Source: Saprospiraceae bacterium (GTDB taxonomy: Bacteria; Bacteroidota; Bacteroidia; Chitinophagales; Saprospiraceae). Taken from it: a stretch of 37,028 nt of DNA. How positions within the stretch are numbered: position 1 is the first letter of the stretch; every line of letters starts with the position of its first letter. The translations under genes were made by a program, and so were the position numbers. The stretch spans positions 1 to 37,028 of the forward strand of contig JAYSRS010000377.1 in NCBI GenBank assembly GCA_043720935.1. The letters run 5' to 3'. The notes under the pieces were generated by a model that had not been told where the DNA came from, did no database searches, and saw only the letters and a list, made by a program, of their open reading frames with translations. Positions 17,230-24,885 of the stretch are shown here, piece after piece.

Positions 17230-19266
17230 TCAGCGCAATTTTCCCAACGTATTCGTTTTGCTCGATTGGCTATTCATCTCAAAAGCCTGTTTGCCACAAT
17301 CTAAAAACGCCTTGTAAGTCGCCACATCGGGCATATAAGCCACGGGGCGATTGAGCAAAGTTTTCCCGTCATTACTCATCAAAACATAATAGGGCTGTGA
17401 AGAAATACCGAAATTATTGACTTGAAAAGACGACCACTTTGCGCCCACCGTCCGCAGTTTTTCCTGCGTGTGTTTGTCCACCAAAAATTTCTGTTTGTCA
17501 TCGGGAAAAAGCCTCTGTTTATCGTCCACGTAGAGCGAAACAACCACATAATCGTTCCGCAAGGCATTGATAATTTCGGGTTTTACCCAAATATTTTCTT
17601 CCATTTTGCGACAATTGACGCAGCCATAGCCCGTAAAATCCACGAAAAGCGGCTTGTTGACCTTTTGCGCGTAGGCAACAGCTTCGTCAAACTCATGGAA
17701 ACAATTTAAGCCGTGCGGACACTCTGCTTGTCCCCAAAAACTATAGTGTACAGGCGGCGCGAGACCACTCAAAAGGCTCAAAGGTTTGTAAGTAAAACCC
17801 GTTGCCAAATAGCCCACAAACAACACCGACAATGCCCCGACGATTTGCGAACCGCGTGTGATTTTGGCATTTTTAGAATCGTGAGGAAAGCGGATAAAAC
17901 CAAAATGATAGAGGGCTAAACCTGCAAAAATCACTATCCACAAAGCCAAAAAGAGTTCTAATTTCAAGAAATTCCAATGGCGCACCATATCGGCAGTCGA
18001 AAGGAATTTGAACGCCAAAGCCAATTCAACGAAGCCCAAAGTCACTTTTACTTTCGTCATCCACGCACCTGAACGCGGCAGGGTTTTGAGCCAACTCGGA
18101 AACGCTGCAAACAAGCTAAACGGCAAAGCCAAAGCCAACGAAAACGCCACCATACCGACCAAAGGTTTCAACGGAATTAAGCCCAAAACCGAGTCCTGCG
18201 CGTTCTGAACGGTCTGCACCAACAGCGTCCCGATAATCGGACCGGTGCAGGAAAACGAGACCAAAGCCAGCGTGAAAGCCATGAAAAAAATGCCAATCAA
18301 ACCGCCTTTTTCGTCCGCCATTTGGTCGGTTTTGGTTGACCATGAACTGGGCAAAGTCAGTTCGTAGTAGCCAAAAAATGACCCTGCAAAGGCAATAAAA
18401 ACCACAAAAAACAAAAGGTTGAAATACATATCGGTGGACATTTCGTTGAGAATTGTCGGGCCGAAAAGACTGGTCAAAACAATCCCAATGCCTACATAAA
18501 TGCCAATGATAGACAAGCCATAAATCGTCGCGTTTCTGATACCTTTGGCGCGCGTACCGCTATTTTTGGTAAAAAAACTAACGGTCAAAGGAATCATCGG
18601 GAACACGCAAGGCGTGAGCAAAGCCAACAAACCACCAAGAAAACCAAAAATAAAAATCCACAAAACGCTGTCCGTCTGCTCAACGCTATCGGAACTGCAC
18701 GTTGCTAAAAATTGGTCGCTTTTGATGTCCCTTTTGGAGTCAAAAATGCCTTCGGTGGCGGCGGTACTGAGGGGGGTGTTTGCGCCCGTCGGGTCGAGAT
18801 TAAAATTAAAATCCACATCTTTTGGCGGCAAACAGGATTTGTCGTTGCAAGTCATAAAAGTCAAATAACCTTTAACGGGTTGGCTCGCGTTGGTGACTTT
18901 GACGACTTGCGAAAAGGTGGCTGTGTGGCTAAATTTCAAGAGTTTCATACCGAAATTAGGGTCAAAATTCTCTTTCAAATCACCACTTTCAGTCACTTTA
19001 CCCACTAATGAAAAGTGGCTACTCGAATCATATTCAAAAGTCGTCGGCACGGGGCCTTCCTCGCCAAACATCTTTGTGGAGTACAAATACCACCCCTCAG
19101 TAATGGTGGCTTTGTACCGCAATTCATATTCTTGATTGCCCTTCGGATGGGCTTCAAACGTCCAACTAACGGGCGATTCGGAGGCGGATTGCGCCATGAG
19201 GGTACGCGCTAAAAACAGCGCAGCCACGAACAGCAAGCGCGTTTTTGAGACAAGTTGAGTTATCAT
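17230..19266 (-). CDS. dsbD: Thiol:disulfide interchange protein DsbD
   Basis: 678-aa ORF with a signal peptide, an N-terminal DsbD-alpha-like domain (FMTCNDKSCLPP), a polytopic core with Cys in TM helices (LTPCVFPMIP, SFSCTGPI) and a C-terminal thioredoxin domain (GYGCVNC). Confidence 0.9.
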   Translation of the reverse strand: MITQLVSKTRLLFVAALFLARTLMAQSASESPVSWTFEAHPKGNQEYELRYKATITEGWYLYSTKMFGEEGPVPTTFEYDSSSHFSLVGKVTESGDLKENFDPNFGMKLLKFSHTATFSQVVKVTNASQPVKGYLTFMTCNDKSCLPPKDVDFNFNLDPTGANTPLSTAATEGIFDSKRDIKSDQFLATCSSDSVEQTDSVLWIFIFGFLGGLLALLTPCVFPMIPLTVSFFTKNSGTRAKGIRNATIYGLSIIGIYVGIGIVLTSLFGPTILNEMSTDMYFNLLFFVVFIAFAGSFFGYYELTLPSSWSTKTDQMADEKGGLIGIFFMAFTLALVSFSCTGPIIGTLLVQTVQNAQDSVLGLIPLKPLVGMVAFSLALALPFSLFAAFPSWLKTLPRSGAWMTKVKVTLGFVELALAFKFLSTADMVRHWNFLKLELFLALWIVIFAGLALYHFGFIRFPHDSKNAKITRGSQIVGALSVLFVGYLATGFTYKPLSLLSGLAPPVHYSFWGQAECPHGLNCFHEFDEAVAYAQKVNKPLFVDFTGYGCVNCRKMEENIWVKPEIINALRNDYVVVSLYVDDKQRLFPDDKQKFLVDKHTQEKLRTVGAKWSSFQVNNFGISSQPYYVLMSNDGKTLLNRPVAYMPDVATYKAFLDCGKQAFEMNSQSSKTNTLGKLR

Positions 19267-19281
19267 TTTTGAATGATTTTT

Positions 19282-20208
19282 TTAAGAAACTCGAATGTTT
19301 TCGGACGTAAACAAGCTGTTTTCGTCGTCAATAATGATACAAGCAATGTGTTTCATTTGGTTTATCAAACTCAAACCGACACTTACACCCATCACCATAA
19401 CGGGCGTTGTCAGCACGTCGGCAAGTTCGGCGTTCGGGGCGATAATCGTGACGCTTTTGATGCCCGACACAGGCATACCCGTCTTTGGGTTAATCGTATG
19501 GGAATAGCGTTTGCCGCCAATAACAACGTATTTTTCGTAATTGCCCGAAGTCGCTACTGCCCGATTGCTGATGTCGAGATACGAAAACGGCTGCATTTTA
19601 CTGAGGGGGTCGGCAATGCCGATTGTCCACGCTTTGCCGCTTGGTTGATTGCCCCAAGTTGTCAAATCGCCCGAAGCGTTGATGATGCCGCTTTTTACGC
19701 CGTTTTGTTGCAAGAGTCGTTTTGCCCTTTCCGCCGCGTAGCCTTTGCCGATGCCGCCAAAACCAATCCGCATACCCGCCAATTTTAGGAACACCGTACG
19801 CGCCGCCCTATCCAATTCAATGTTTTTGTAATTGATAAGATGCACGGCTTTTTTCGCCAATTCTGGGTCGGGCAGTTGGGTCATTTGGGTATCAAAATTC
19901 CAAAAACGTTTGTCCATCGAGCCATAACTGAGGTCAAACGCGCCTTGTGTAAGGTCTGAAATCCGAATCGCTCTTTGTATCAAATCAAACACTTCGGCAT
20001 CAACGCGCACGGGCGCAATGCCCGCATTTTCGTTGATTTGGAAAGTTTGGCTGGTGTTGCTAAAAGTCGTCAACAGCCGTTCGATGCGCTCAATTTCGGC
20101 AACGGCGCAGTCAATTTGAGCTTCTGCCCAAATTGCATTGTCGGCAACCACGCTGATTTCAAATTGGTTGCCCATGAGTTTCTGTTGGCGTTTTTGCAGT
20201 TTTGACAC
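19282..20208 (-). CDS. apbE: FAD:protein FMN transferase (ApbE family)
   Basis: ApbE signatures are present: LMGNQFEISV and GGIGKGYAAE. The start is either the GTG at 20208 or the ATG at 20175. No signal peptide is visible. A motif copy sits immediately upstream of the GTG. Confidence 0.85.
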   Translation of the reverse strand: MSKLQKRQQKLMGNQFEISVVADNAIWAEAQIDCAVAEIERIERLLTTFSNTSQTFQINENAGIAPVRVDAEVFDLIQRAIRISDLTQGAFDLSYGSMDKRFWNFDTQMTQLPDPELAKKAVHLINYKNIELDRAARTVFLKLAGMRIGFGGIGKGYAAERAKRLLQQNGVKSGIINASGDLTTWGNQPSGKAWTIGIADPLSKMQPFSYLDISNRAVATSGNYEKYVVIGGKRYSHTINPKTGMPVSGIKSVTIIAPNAELADVLTTPVMVMGVSVGLSLINQMKHIACIIIDDENSLFTSENIRVS

Positions 20209-20229
20209 CCCCTCAGTATTTTAGCTAAT

Positions 20230-21060
20230 TTATTGAATTACAATTTTTCTACTCATCATTTTGCCACCCGATTCGACGGCAACCGAGTACACGCCTTTCG
20301 CCAAATGCTTAACGCTAATCGGTTGTTGACTGCCCTGCACAACGGTATTCAAAACGGCTCTGCCTTGCACGTCAACAAGCATGACGTTCGCTTCGGTTTT
20401 GTCCGCAAGTTCGACAAATAATACATCGCTCGTTGGGTTTGGATAAACGTGGGCGTTCAAAGTCGTTTCCAACTCGTCGGTGGGTGTCGTTATTTTTTTA
20501 TAAACCAATTTTTTGCCCGTAATGCTGTTGTCGCCACCTTCTACGCCGTCGCTGTTCGCCACCATACCGACGTAATAAAATGTAAGGGGCATAGTCGGCA
20601 AGGTCGCGGGAGCTGTCCAATTGTACGTCCATGCTGCTACATTTGCCGCGAAATTGATAGGTTTGGCTTGACGTGGGTATTTACGTCCCGTTGTGGCGGT
20701 GGTATTACCCGAACCGATGGAAACAACCGTCGCGTTGGGAGAAACAAAAGTGCCAGCAGGCGCATTGGTAGCATCCAAACAGGTCATTTGAAAACCGCCG
20801 CGTCCGCCTGCTGCGTTGTTGCGGACGGTGAGGGTAATCGCGTAGGTTTGACCCCCCACGATGGAATCTGGTAAGCCTGTTACGGTGACAGTTCCCGTCA
20901 TATTGCCGTTGGTGTGGCAACCCGAATAGTTGCAAGAAGCGTTTTCGCTCGGCGCACCCGTCGAACCCACAGGCGGGTTGTTCGGGTCGCGTTTGAAGGC
21001 ACTGAATGTTGAAAAGCCCATAAAAAGGCTGAGACAAGTAGCGACAATTTGAATTTTCAT
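20230..21060 (-). CDS. Secreted protein with a T9SS C-terminal sorting domain
   Basis: Start moved to MKIQIVATCLSLF (ATG at 21060). The N-terminal domain contains GSTGAPSENASCNYSGCH. The C-terminal roughly 80 aa have the typical Por/T9SS tail (VYPNPTSDVLFVEL...GVYSVAV...KIVIQ). Confidence 0.8.
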   Translation of the reverse strand: MKIQIVATCLSLFMGFSTFSAFKRDPNNPPVGSTGAPSENASCNYSGCHTNGNMTGTVTVTGLPDSIVGGQTYAITLTVRNNAAGGRGGFQMTCLDATNAPAGTFVSPNATVVSIGSGNTTATTGRKYPRQAKPINFAANVAAWTYNWTAPATLPTMPLTFYYVGMVANSDGVEGGDNSITGKKLVYKKITTPTDELETTLNAHVYPNPTSDVLFVELADKTEANVMLVDVQGRAVLNTVVQGSQQPISVKHLAKGVYSVAVESGGKMMSRKIVIQ

Positions 21061-21138
21061 TGTTGACGAGAGATGTTTATGATTTTTAAAATCGTTTTTG
21101 ACAAAATACTGAGGGGGTGTGTTTTGACGCAAGTTTGG

Positions 21139-21421
21139 AACTTGACGCAAGTTTGAAACTCTGTCCATTACCCACAAGTTTTTTGACTTCTCAAATCCGT
21201 AGGATTTGCACGTTTATAGAAAGTAAACAGAGGCGTTTTTCCTCGAATCCGTTAGGATTCGCACGTTGAAAGTTCGCAGCTTCTTTGAAAAAAACGTGCG
21301 AATCCTAACGGATTCGGAGTCCTATTCCTGTATTTTTTATCTATAAATGTGTAAATCCTAACGGATTTATGAACTTCAAAAACTTGTGGGTAATGGACAG
21401 GGTTTGAAACTTGCGCCAAGT
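21139..21421. repeat. 283-bp composite long palindrome with family C termini and four AATCC(G)TTAGGATT sub-palindromes
   Basis: The outer arms 21139-21183 / 21377-21421 match at 42 of 45 positions. The inner arms 21244-21267 / 21293-21316 are a perfect 24-bp inverted repeat. A further pair is 21192-21216 / 21343-21371. A motif copy at 21107-21116 flanks the element. Confidence 0.85.
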
Positions 21422-21453
21422 TGTTGACAATCAAATTTTTACATAAAATACAG

Positions 21454-22725
21454 CTAAAACTTGACTTTCAAATGAAGCGAAACAATGTTAGAAGTCAAAG
21501 CCGTGTTGCGGATATAATGCCCATAGCGCAACTCAATAATGGGTTGAATCCCAAAAAAGGCTTTGTCACCAACTGACTTTTCTTGTCCTTTTCGCCAATT
21601 TTTCAAGCGCGGAATCCCAAAAATGGCTTTGTCGCAGACCCACCGCACGCCCGTCCCGAAAGAATGGCTATTGAGTGTTGAGAGGTCGTAGTCGCTGGTG
21701 TAAAAATCAGTAGCGGAACTGTGTTTTTCGTAAGGTGCGAAGTACTTGACCGCGTTTTGAGCATAAAACCGATAATAAGGACTGACCGACAGTTTGGGCG
21801 TAATTTTTATCGCCGATTCGAGGCTCAGCGAATTGCCGATTAAGCCCCATTGGTCGGCATAAAACCGATAAAAACCGCGCAAAACGACCCTATCCCCCGC
21901 AAAATAACTGGCGCGAACCCCCAACGGTAGTTTCCACCGTTGGCTCGGCAGTTTTTCATTCGTCACGGTTTGGTCGGTAAAAAAGACGCGCTGATAAGGC
22001 GTTGCCAATTGCCCTTGTTGGTATGAAGGCTCAATGACGAACGCTAATTGCAAACGCGGATTGATGATTTTTGCCCATGCCAAAGCCAAATTGAAGGAAT
22101 TGCGCGGACTGCGCGGCACATTGGGCAGTGTCCTTTCGCTGCCCGACGGGTAGTTTTCGGGACGTACTTCTACGGGCAAAATCATCGTCCATTCGTCAAA
22201 AAATGCGCCTGCTTTGACACTGAACTCGCTGCTTTTGTCCGCCGATGTTTTGGCAAAATTTAAACCGCCGCCGTAGGATTGGTAGTCCCATTCGGTCGAA
22301 TAAGACAAATTTGCGCCCGTTGTTGTGCCTTTTGCAGGGTCGAGTACCGACCACGCGACTGAGGGGTAGTACCGTTGGTCGTTGTAGGAAGGCGATGAAA
22401 TCGTATTGTAATCAATATTGTCCGACGAAGCCGACGAGTAAGAATCATAACCCATTTCGAGAGTCAAGCTGTGCTGCTGGTTTGTTTTTGACCATTTGGA
22501 CAAGCGTAAATCGAGCGTATTTGAGAAATCACTCAATTTTTCCGTACCGATGCCGCCCATAACGGCGGAATTGTTCCCGTTTTGGGTATAATAACTCGTG
22601 ACCAAATTGACTTCTTCAACCTTCAAACGGCGGTCAACGTAGTTGGAATCTTGCGGCGTTTTTTGGGCAAAAGCACTTAAAATGCCAATGAAAATGCCCA
22701 AAACCGCTAAGGATATTTTTTGCAT
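21454..22725 (-). CDS. DUF3570-like outer-membrane beta-barrel protein
   Basis: 423-aa ORF with the signal peptide LSAFAQ, alternating beta-strand patterns and a C-terminal KVKF. Its position next to a DUF4266-type lipoprotein and ApbE matches the usual DUF3570 neighbourhood (from memory). Confidence 0.65.
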   Translation of the reverse strand: MQKISLAVLGIFIGILSAFAQKTPQDSNYVDRRLKVEEVNLVTSYYTQNGNNSAVMGGIGTEKLSDFSNTLDLRLSKWSKTNQQHSLTLEMGYDSYSSASSDNIDYNTISSPSYNDQRYYPSVAWSVLDPAKGTTTGANLSYSTEWDYQSYGGGLNFAKTSADKSSEFSVKAGAFFDEWTMILPVEVRPENYPSGSERTLPNVPRSPRNSFNLALAWAKIINPRLQLAFVIEPSYQQGQLATPYQRVFFTDQTVTNEKLPSQRWKLPLGVRASYFAGDRVVLRGFYRFYADQWGLIGNSLSLESAIKITPKLSVSPYYRFYAQNAVKYFAPYEKHSSATDFYTSDYDLSTLNSHSFGTGVRWVCDKAIFGIPRLKNWRKGQEKSVGDKAFFGIQPIIELRYGHYIRNTALTSNIVSLHLKVKF

Positions 22726-22741
22726 GAGATTTGCGAGATAA

Positions 22742-22857
22742 GTTTTTTCGTAACTAATTAGCCAATGTCTCCAAAGTGGGTCTTTAATTTTTTTTCAAAA
22801 AAATGAAAATAAACCCGCTTTGGAGACTTGCTGCTAAATAATTACGTTTTTTCGTAA
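22742..22857. mobile_element. Small MITE-like insertion flanked by a 12-bp direct repeat
   Basis: Identical GTTTTTTCGTAA at 22742-22753 and 22846-22857 brackets a 92-bp segment. The ends of that segment are imperfect inverted repeats (TAATTAGCCAATGTCTCCAAAGTGGGT versus the reverse complement of ACCCGCTTTGGAGACTTGCTGCTAAATAATTA). Confidence 0.6.
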
Positions 22858-22955
22858 GAGAAAAAGGGAAAATACTGAGGGGGGTAATTGCGTTTTTTTT
22901 GAACATCACGTTAGGAAAATTTTGAAAGTTTGCCTAACGTGATGTCCTTTCATAC

Positions 22956-23198
22956 TCAATTACAACCACAACCACCACCTGATTTACCACCATTTGCGCC
23001 TGATGCGCCTTCGCGGTAGAGTTGGAAATTTTGCTCGAATTTTTCCGCTTTTCGAGCAGATAAGTCCATTTCGGAGTCGTTGATGTACATTTTTTCGTAC
23101 TCTTTGACTGATACGCAAGACGGCAATGTGAGGACAATCAGCAAACCCAACAGGGCAATTAGCTTTTGAGCGCGATAGCTTTTCTTAGAATTTTTCAT
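22956..23198 (-). CDS. DUF4266-like small lipoprotein with a Gly/Cys C-terminal tail
   Basis: 80-aa ORF with a lipobox-like LTLPSC. The C-terminus is GANGGKSGGGCGCN, the GGCGCN-type ending I associate with DUF4266. Confidence 0.65.
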   Translation of the reverse strand: MKNSKKSYRAQKLIALLGLLIVLTLPSCVSVKEYEKMYINDSEMDLSARKAEKFEQNFQLYREGASGANGGKSGGGCGCN

Positions 23199-23258
23199 GC
23201 TTTTGACTATTAAAATTGAGATAAAATAAGCAAAATACTGAGGGGGGTGTTTTTGAAA

Positions 23259-23289
23259 ACTTGCCGCAAGTTTGAAACTTGCGGCAAGT
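23259..23289. repeat. Family C gene-end hairpin (CCGC variant)
   Basis: ACTTGCCGCAAGT / ACTTGCGGCAAGT, a 13-bp perfect stem, 9 nt downstream of the thioredoxin-like stop. A motif copy lies at 23236-23245, 14 nt beyond. Confidence 0.75.
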
Positions 23290-23297
23290 GGTACGCC

Positions 23298-23729
23298 CTA
23301 TTTTTTCACCGCTTTGACTTCTGCAACAAAAGCTGCTGCATCACCTTTTGGCAAACCGTCCCAAGATTTCAGTACAGTGCCTTTTGAGTCGAGTAGGACA
23401 GTGAAAGGGAATTTGCCTTGCGGATTGTATTTTTCTGCTAAGGCTTTGTTTGCGGTCGTGAGTTTTGCTTCGAGTTTGTTTTTTTTCAAACGGGGAAAAT
23501 CGGCGCGGAGCAAAACCAAGTTTTTAGACGCGTAGTCGGTAAAGGCAGCCGACTCGAACACGTCTTTTTTCATTTTGATGCACGGCACACACCAATCAGA
23601 ACCTGCAAAACTGAGTAAAATCGGTTTCTTATCGTGTTCGGCAGTTGTTTTGGCTTGCTCAAAATCGGTTGACCATTGCACCGCAGGGGTGAAAAAAGTG
23701 AGTGCGAACAGAATTGACAGAATTTTCAT
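23298..23729 (-). CDS. Periplasmic thioredoxin-fold protein (WCVPC active site)
   Basis: 143-aa ORF with a signal peptide and the CxxC motif SDWCVPCIKM in a thioredoxin-like context. Confidence 0.8.
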   Translation of the reverse strand: MKILSILFALTFFTPAVQWSTDFEQAKTTAEHDKKPILLSFAGSDWCVPCIKMKKDVFESAAFTDYASKNLVLLRADFPRLKKNKLEAKLTTANKALAEKYNPQGKFPFTVLLDSKGTVLKSWDGLPKGDAAAFVAEVKAVKK

Positions 23730-23803
23730 TGTTGAGTAAAATGATTAAGAATTTTAAAAAAATAGCTTTAAAAATCGGTGTTTTTGAAGTTTATGAGCAT
23801 TAG

Positions 23804-23836
23804 AATTTGACGCAAGTTTTGAACTTGCGTCAAGTT
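23804..23836. repeat. Family C gene-end hairpin
   Basis: AATTTGACGCAAGTT / AACTTGCGTCAAGTT (14 of 15 paired) with a 3-nt loop, 31 nt downstream of the Rieske gene stop. Confidence 0.75.
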
Positions 23837-23866
23837 GTACTTTGCTGCTTTGAAACCAGAAGTGAT

Positions 23867-24277
23867 TTAAGAGTAAACGCGGAGAGAATTACCCGTCAAG
23901 GTCGTTTTGTAAACGGTTAATCCCTTGCTGGCTTCACTGTTCAAACCCTTGCCTGCTGTGTCGAATTTGGCATCGTGCAAAGGGCAGAAAAATTGCCCAC
24001 TTTGGAAAATGACATTTGCGCGGTTCTCATGGCTACACACTTGGGTAGCGGCGACATAAGTACCCGCCGCCGTTTTTGCCACGACAACCCCGTTGGAAAT
24101 AACATAACCGTTGGCATTTTTAAGTGACGCATTGGTAGCTACCGTCACATCAAGGGTGAAATCAACGGGACCCGTCGGGGCAACAATGCCGTCTTTGCCG
24201 CAAGCGGTGATAGTGCCGATAGTGGCGATAGCAAGGCCGCCAAAGCCAAGCGTTTTCAAAAATTCTAAGCGATTCAT
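23867..24277 (-). CDS. Rieske [2Fe-2S] domain protein, exported
   Basis: 136-aa ORF. It has the CSH...CPLH Rieske ligand pattern (VCSHENRANV..FFCPLHDAKF). The N-terminus NRLEFLKTLGFGG.. with a lipobox-like ITACG resembles a degenerate Tat signal. Confidence 0.8.
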   Translation of the reverse strand: MNRLEFLKTLGFGGLAIATIGTITACGKDGIVAPTGPVDFTLDVTVATNASLKNANGYVISNGVVVAKTAAGTYVAATQVCSHENRANVIFQSGQFFCPLHDAKFDTAGKGLNSEASKGLTVYKTTLTGNSLRVYS

Positions 24278-24439
24278 TTAATAATGGATTTTTTATTTTA
24301 AGAATATTGTTCTAATAATCCCCTTCACGCAGGTTTTTTGATTTTGGTTACACGGGTTTTGAAAGAAACTGTCTTAATAATTTGTTAAGACAAAAAAGGA
24401 TAACATTACTGAGGGGTATCAACGGGGTCAATTCGTGTA

Positions 24440-24595
24440 TCAAAACGCCTTGCACCATGCCAAAAGGGTACTGTCTCCCGAGATACCGTACTTTTCACAT
24501 AATTCGGTCTTGGTAAAATGACCAGATTCGTACTCCCGTACCACTTGACGTTTCAAGCTAACACTGTAATAAATTGATTTTGAACACTTTGTCAT
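24440..24595 (-). pseudogene. Transposase N-terminal HTH fragment (IS3-type OrfA-like remnant)
   Basis: My translation of the minus strand gives 51 aa: MTKCSKSIYYSVSLKRQVVREYESGHFTKTELCEKYGISGDSTLLAWCKAF. This is the typical HTH_Tnp pattern. No catalytic ORF follows. Confidence 0.5.
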
Positions 24596-24885
24596 ATCAA
24601 CCACTTTGAGTGGTCAACTTTTTTAGGGGTGATTCCTACTGAATGACAAAGGAAAACGGGCAAAATTTTCAAGAATTTTAAAACAACTATCCATAATATC
24701 AATTATTTTATACGAAATGTTCGCGTGTAGATACACACGGCCGTGTGTATCTACGGTTGACACATACATTGTAAATTAAGGGAAATCAAAGCGTTATTTG
24801 AACTGAATTATCCTAAAATTTAGGCCTTTTTCAGTACCCTCCTTGTGTTACGCGTGGCTTTTTTAGTCGAAATACTGAGGGGGTC

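Noticed and set aside
20230-21060. The T9SS protein as a flavinylation substrate of the adjacent ApbE, because of the sequence VGSTGAPS.
   Set aside because: The established ApbE target motif is D-x-x-[ST]-G-A-[TS], with the final Thr/Ser modified. Here Pro follows G-A and the Asp is missing. The resemblance is too weak.
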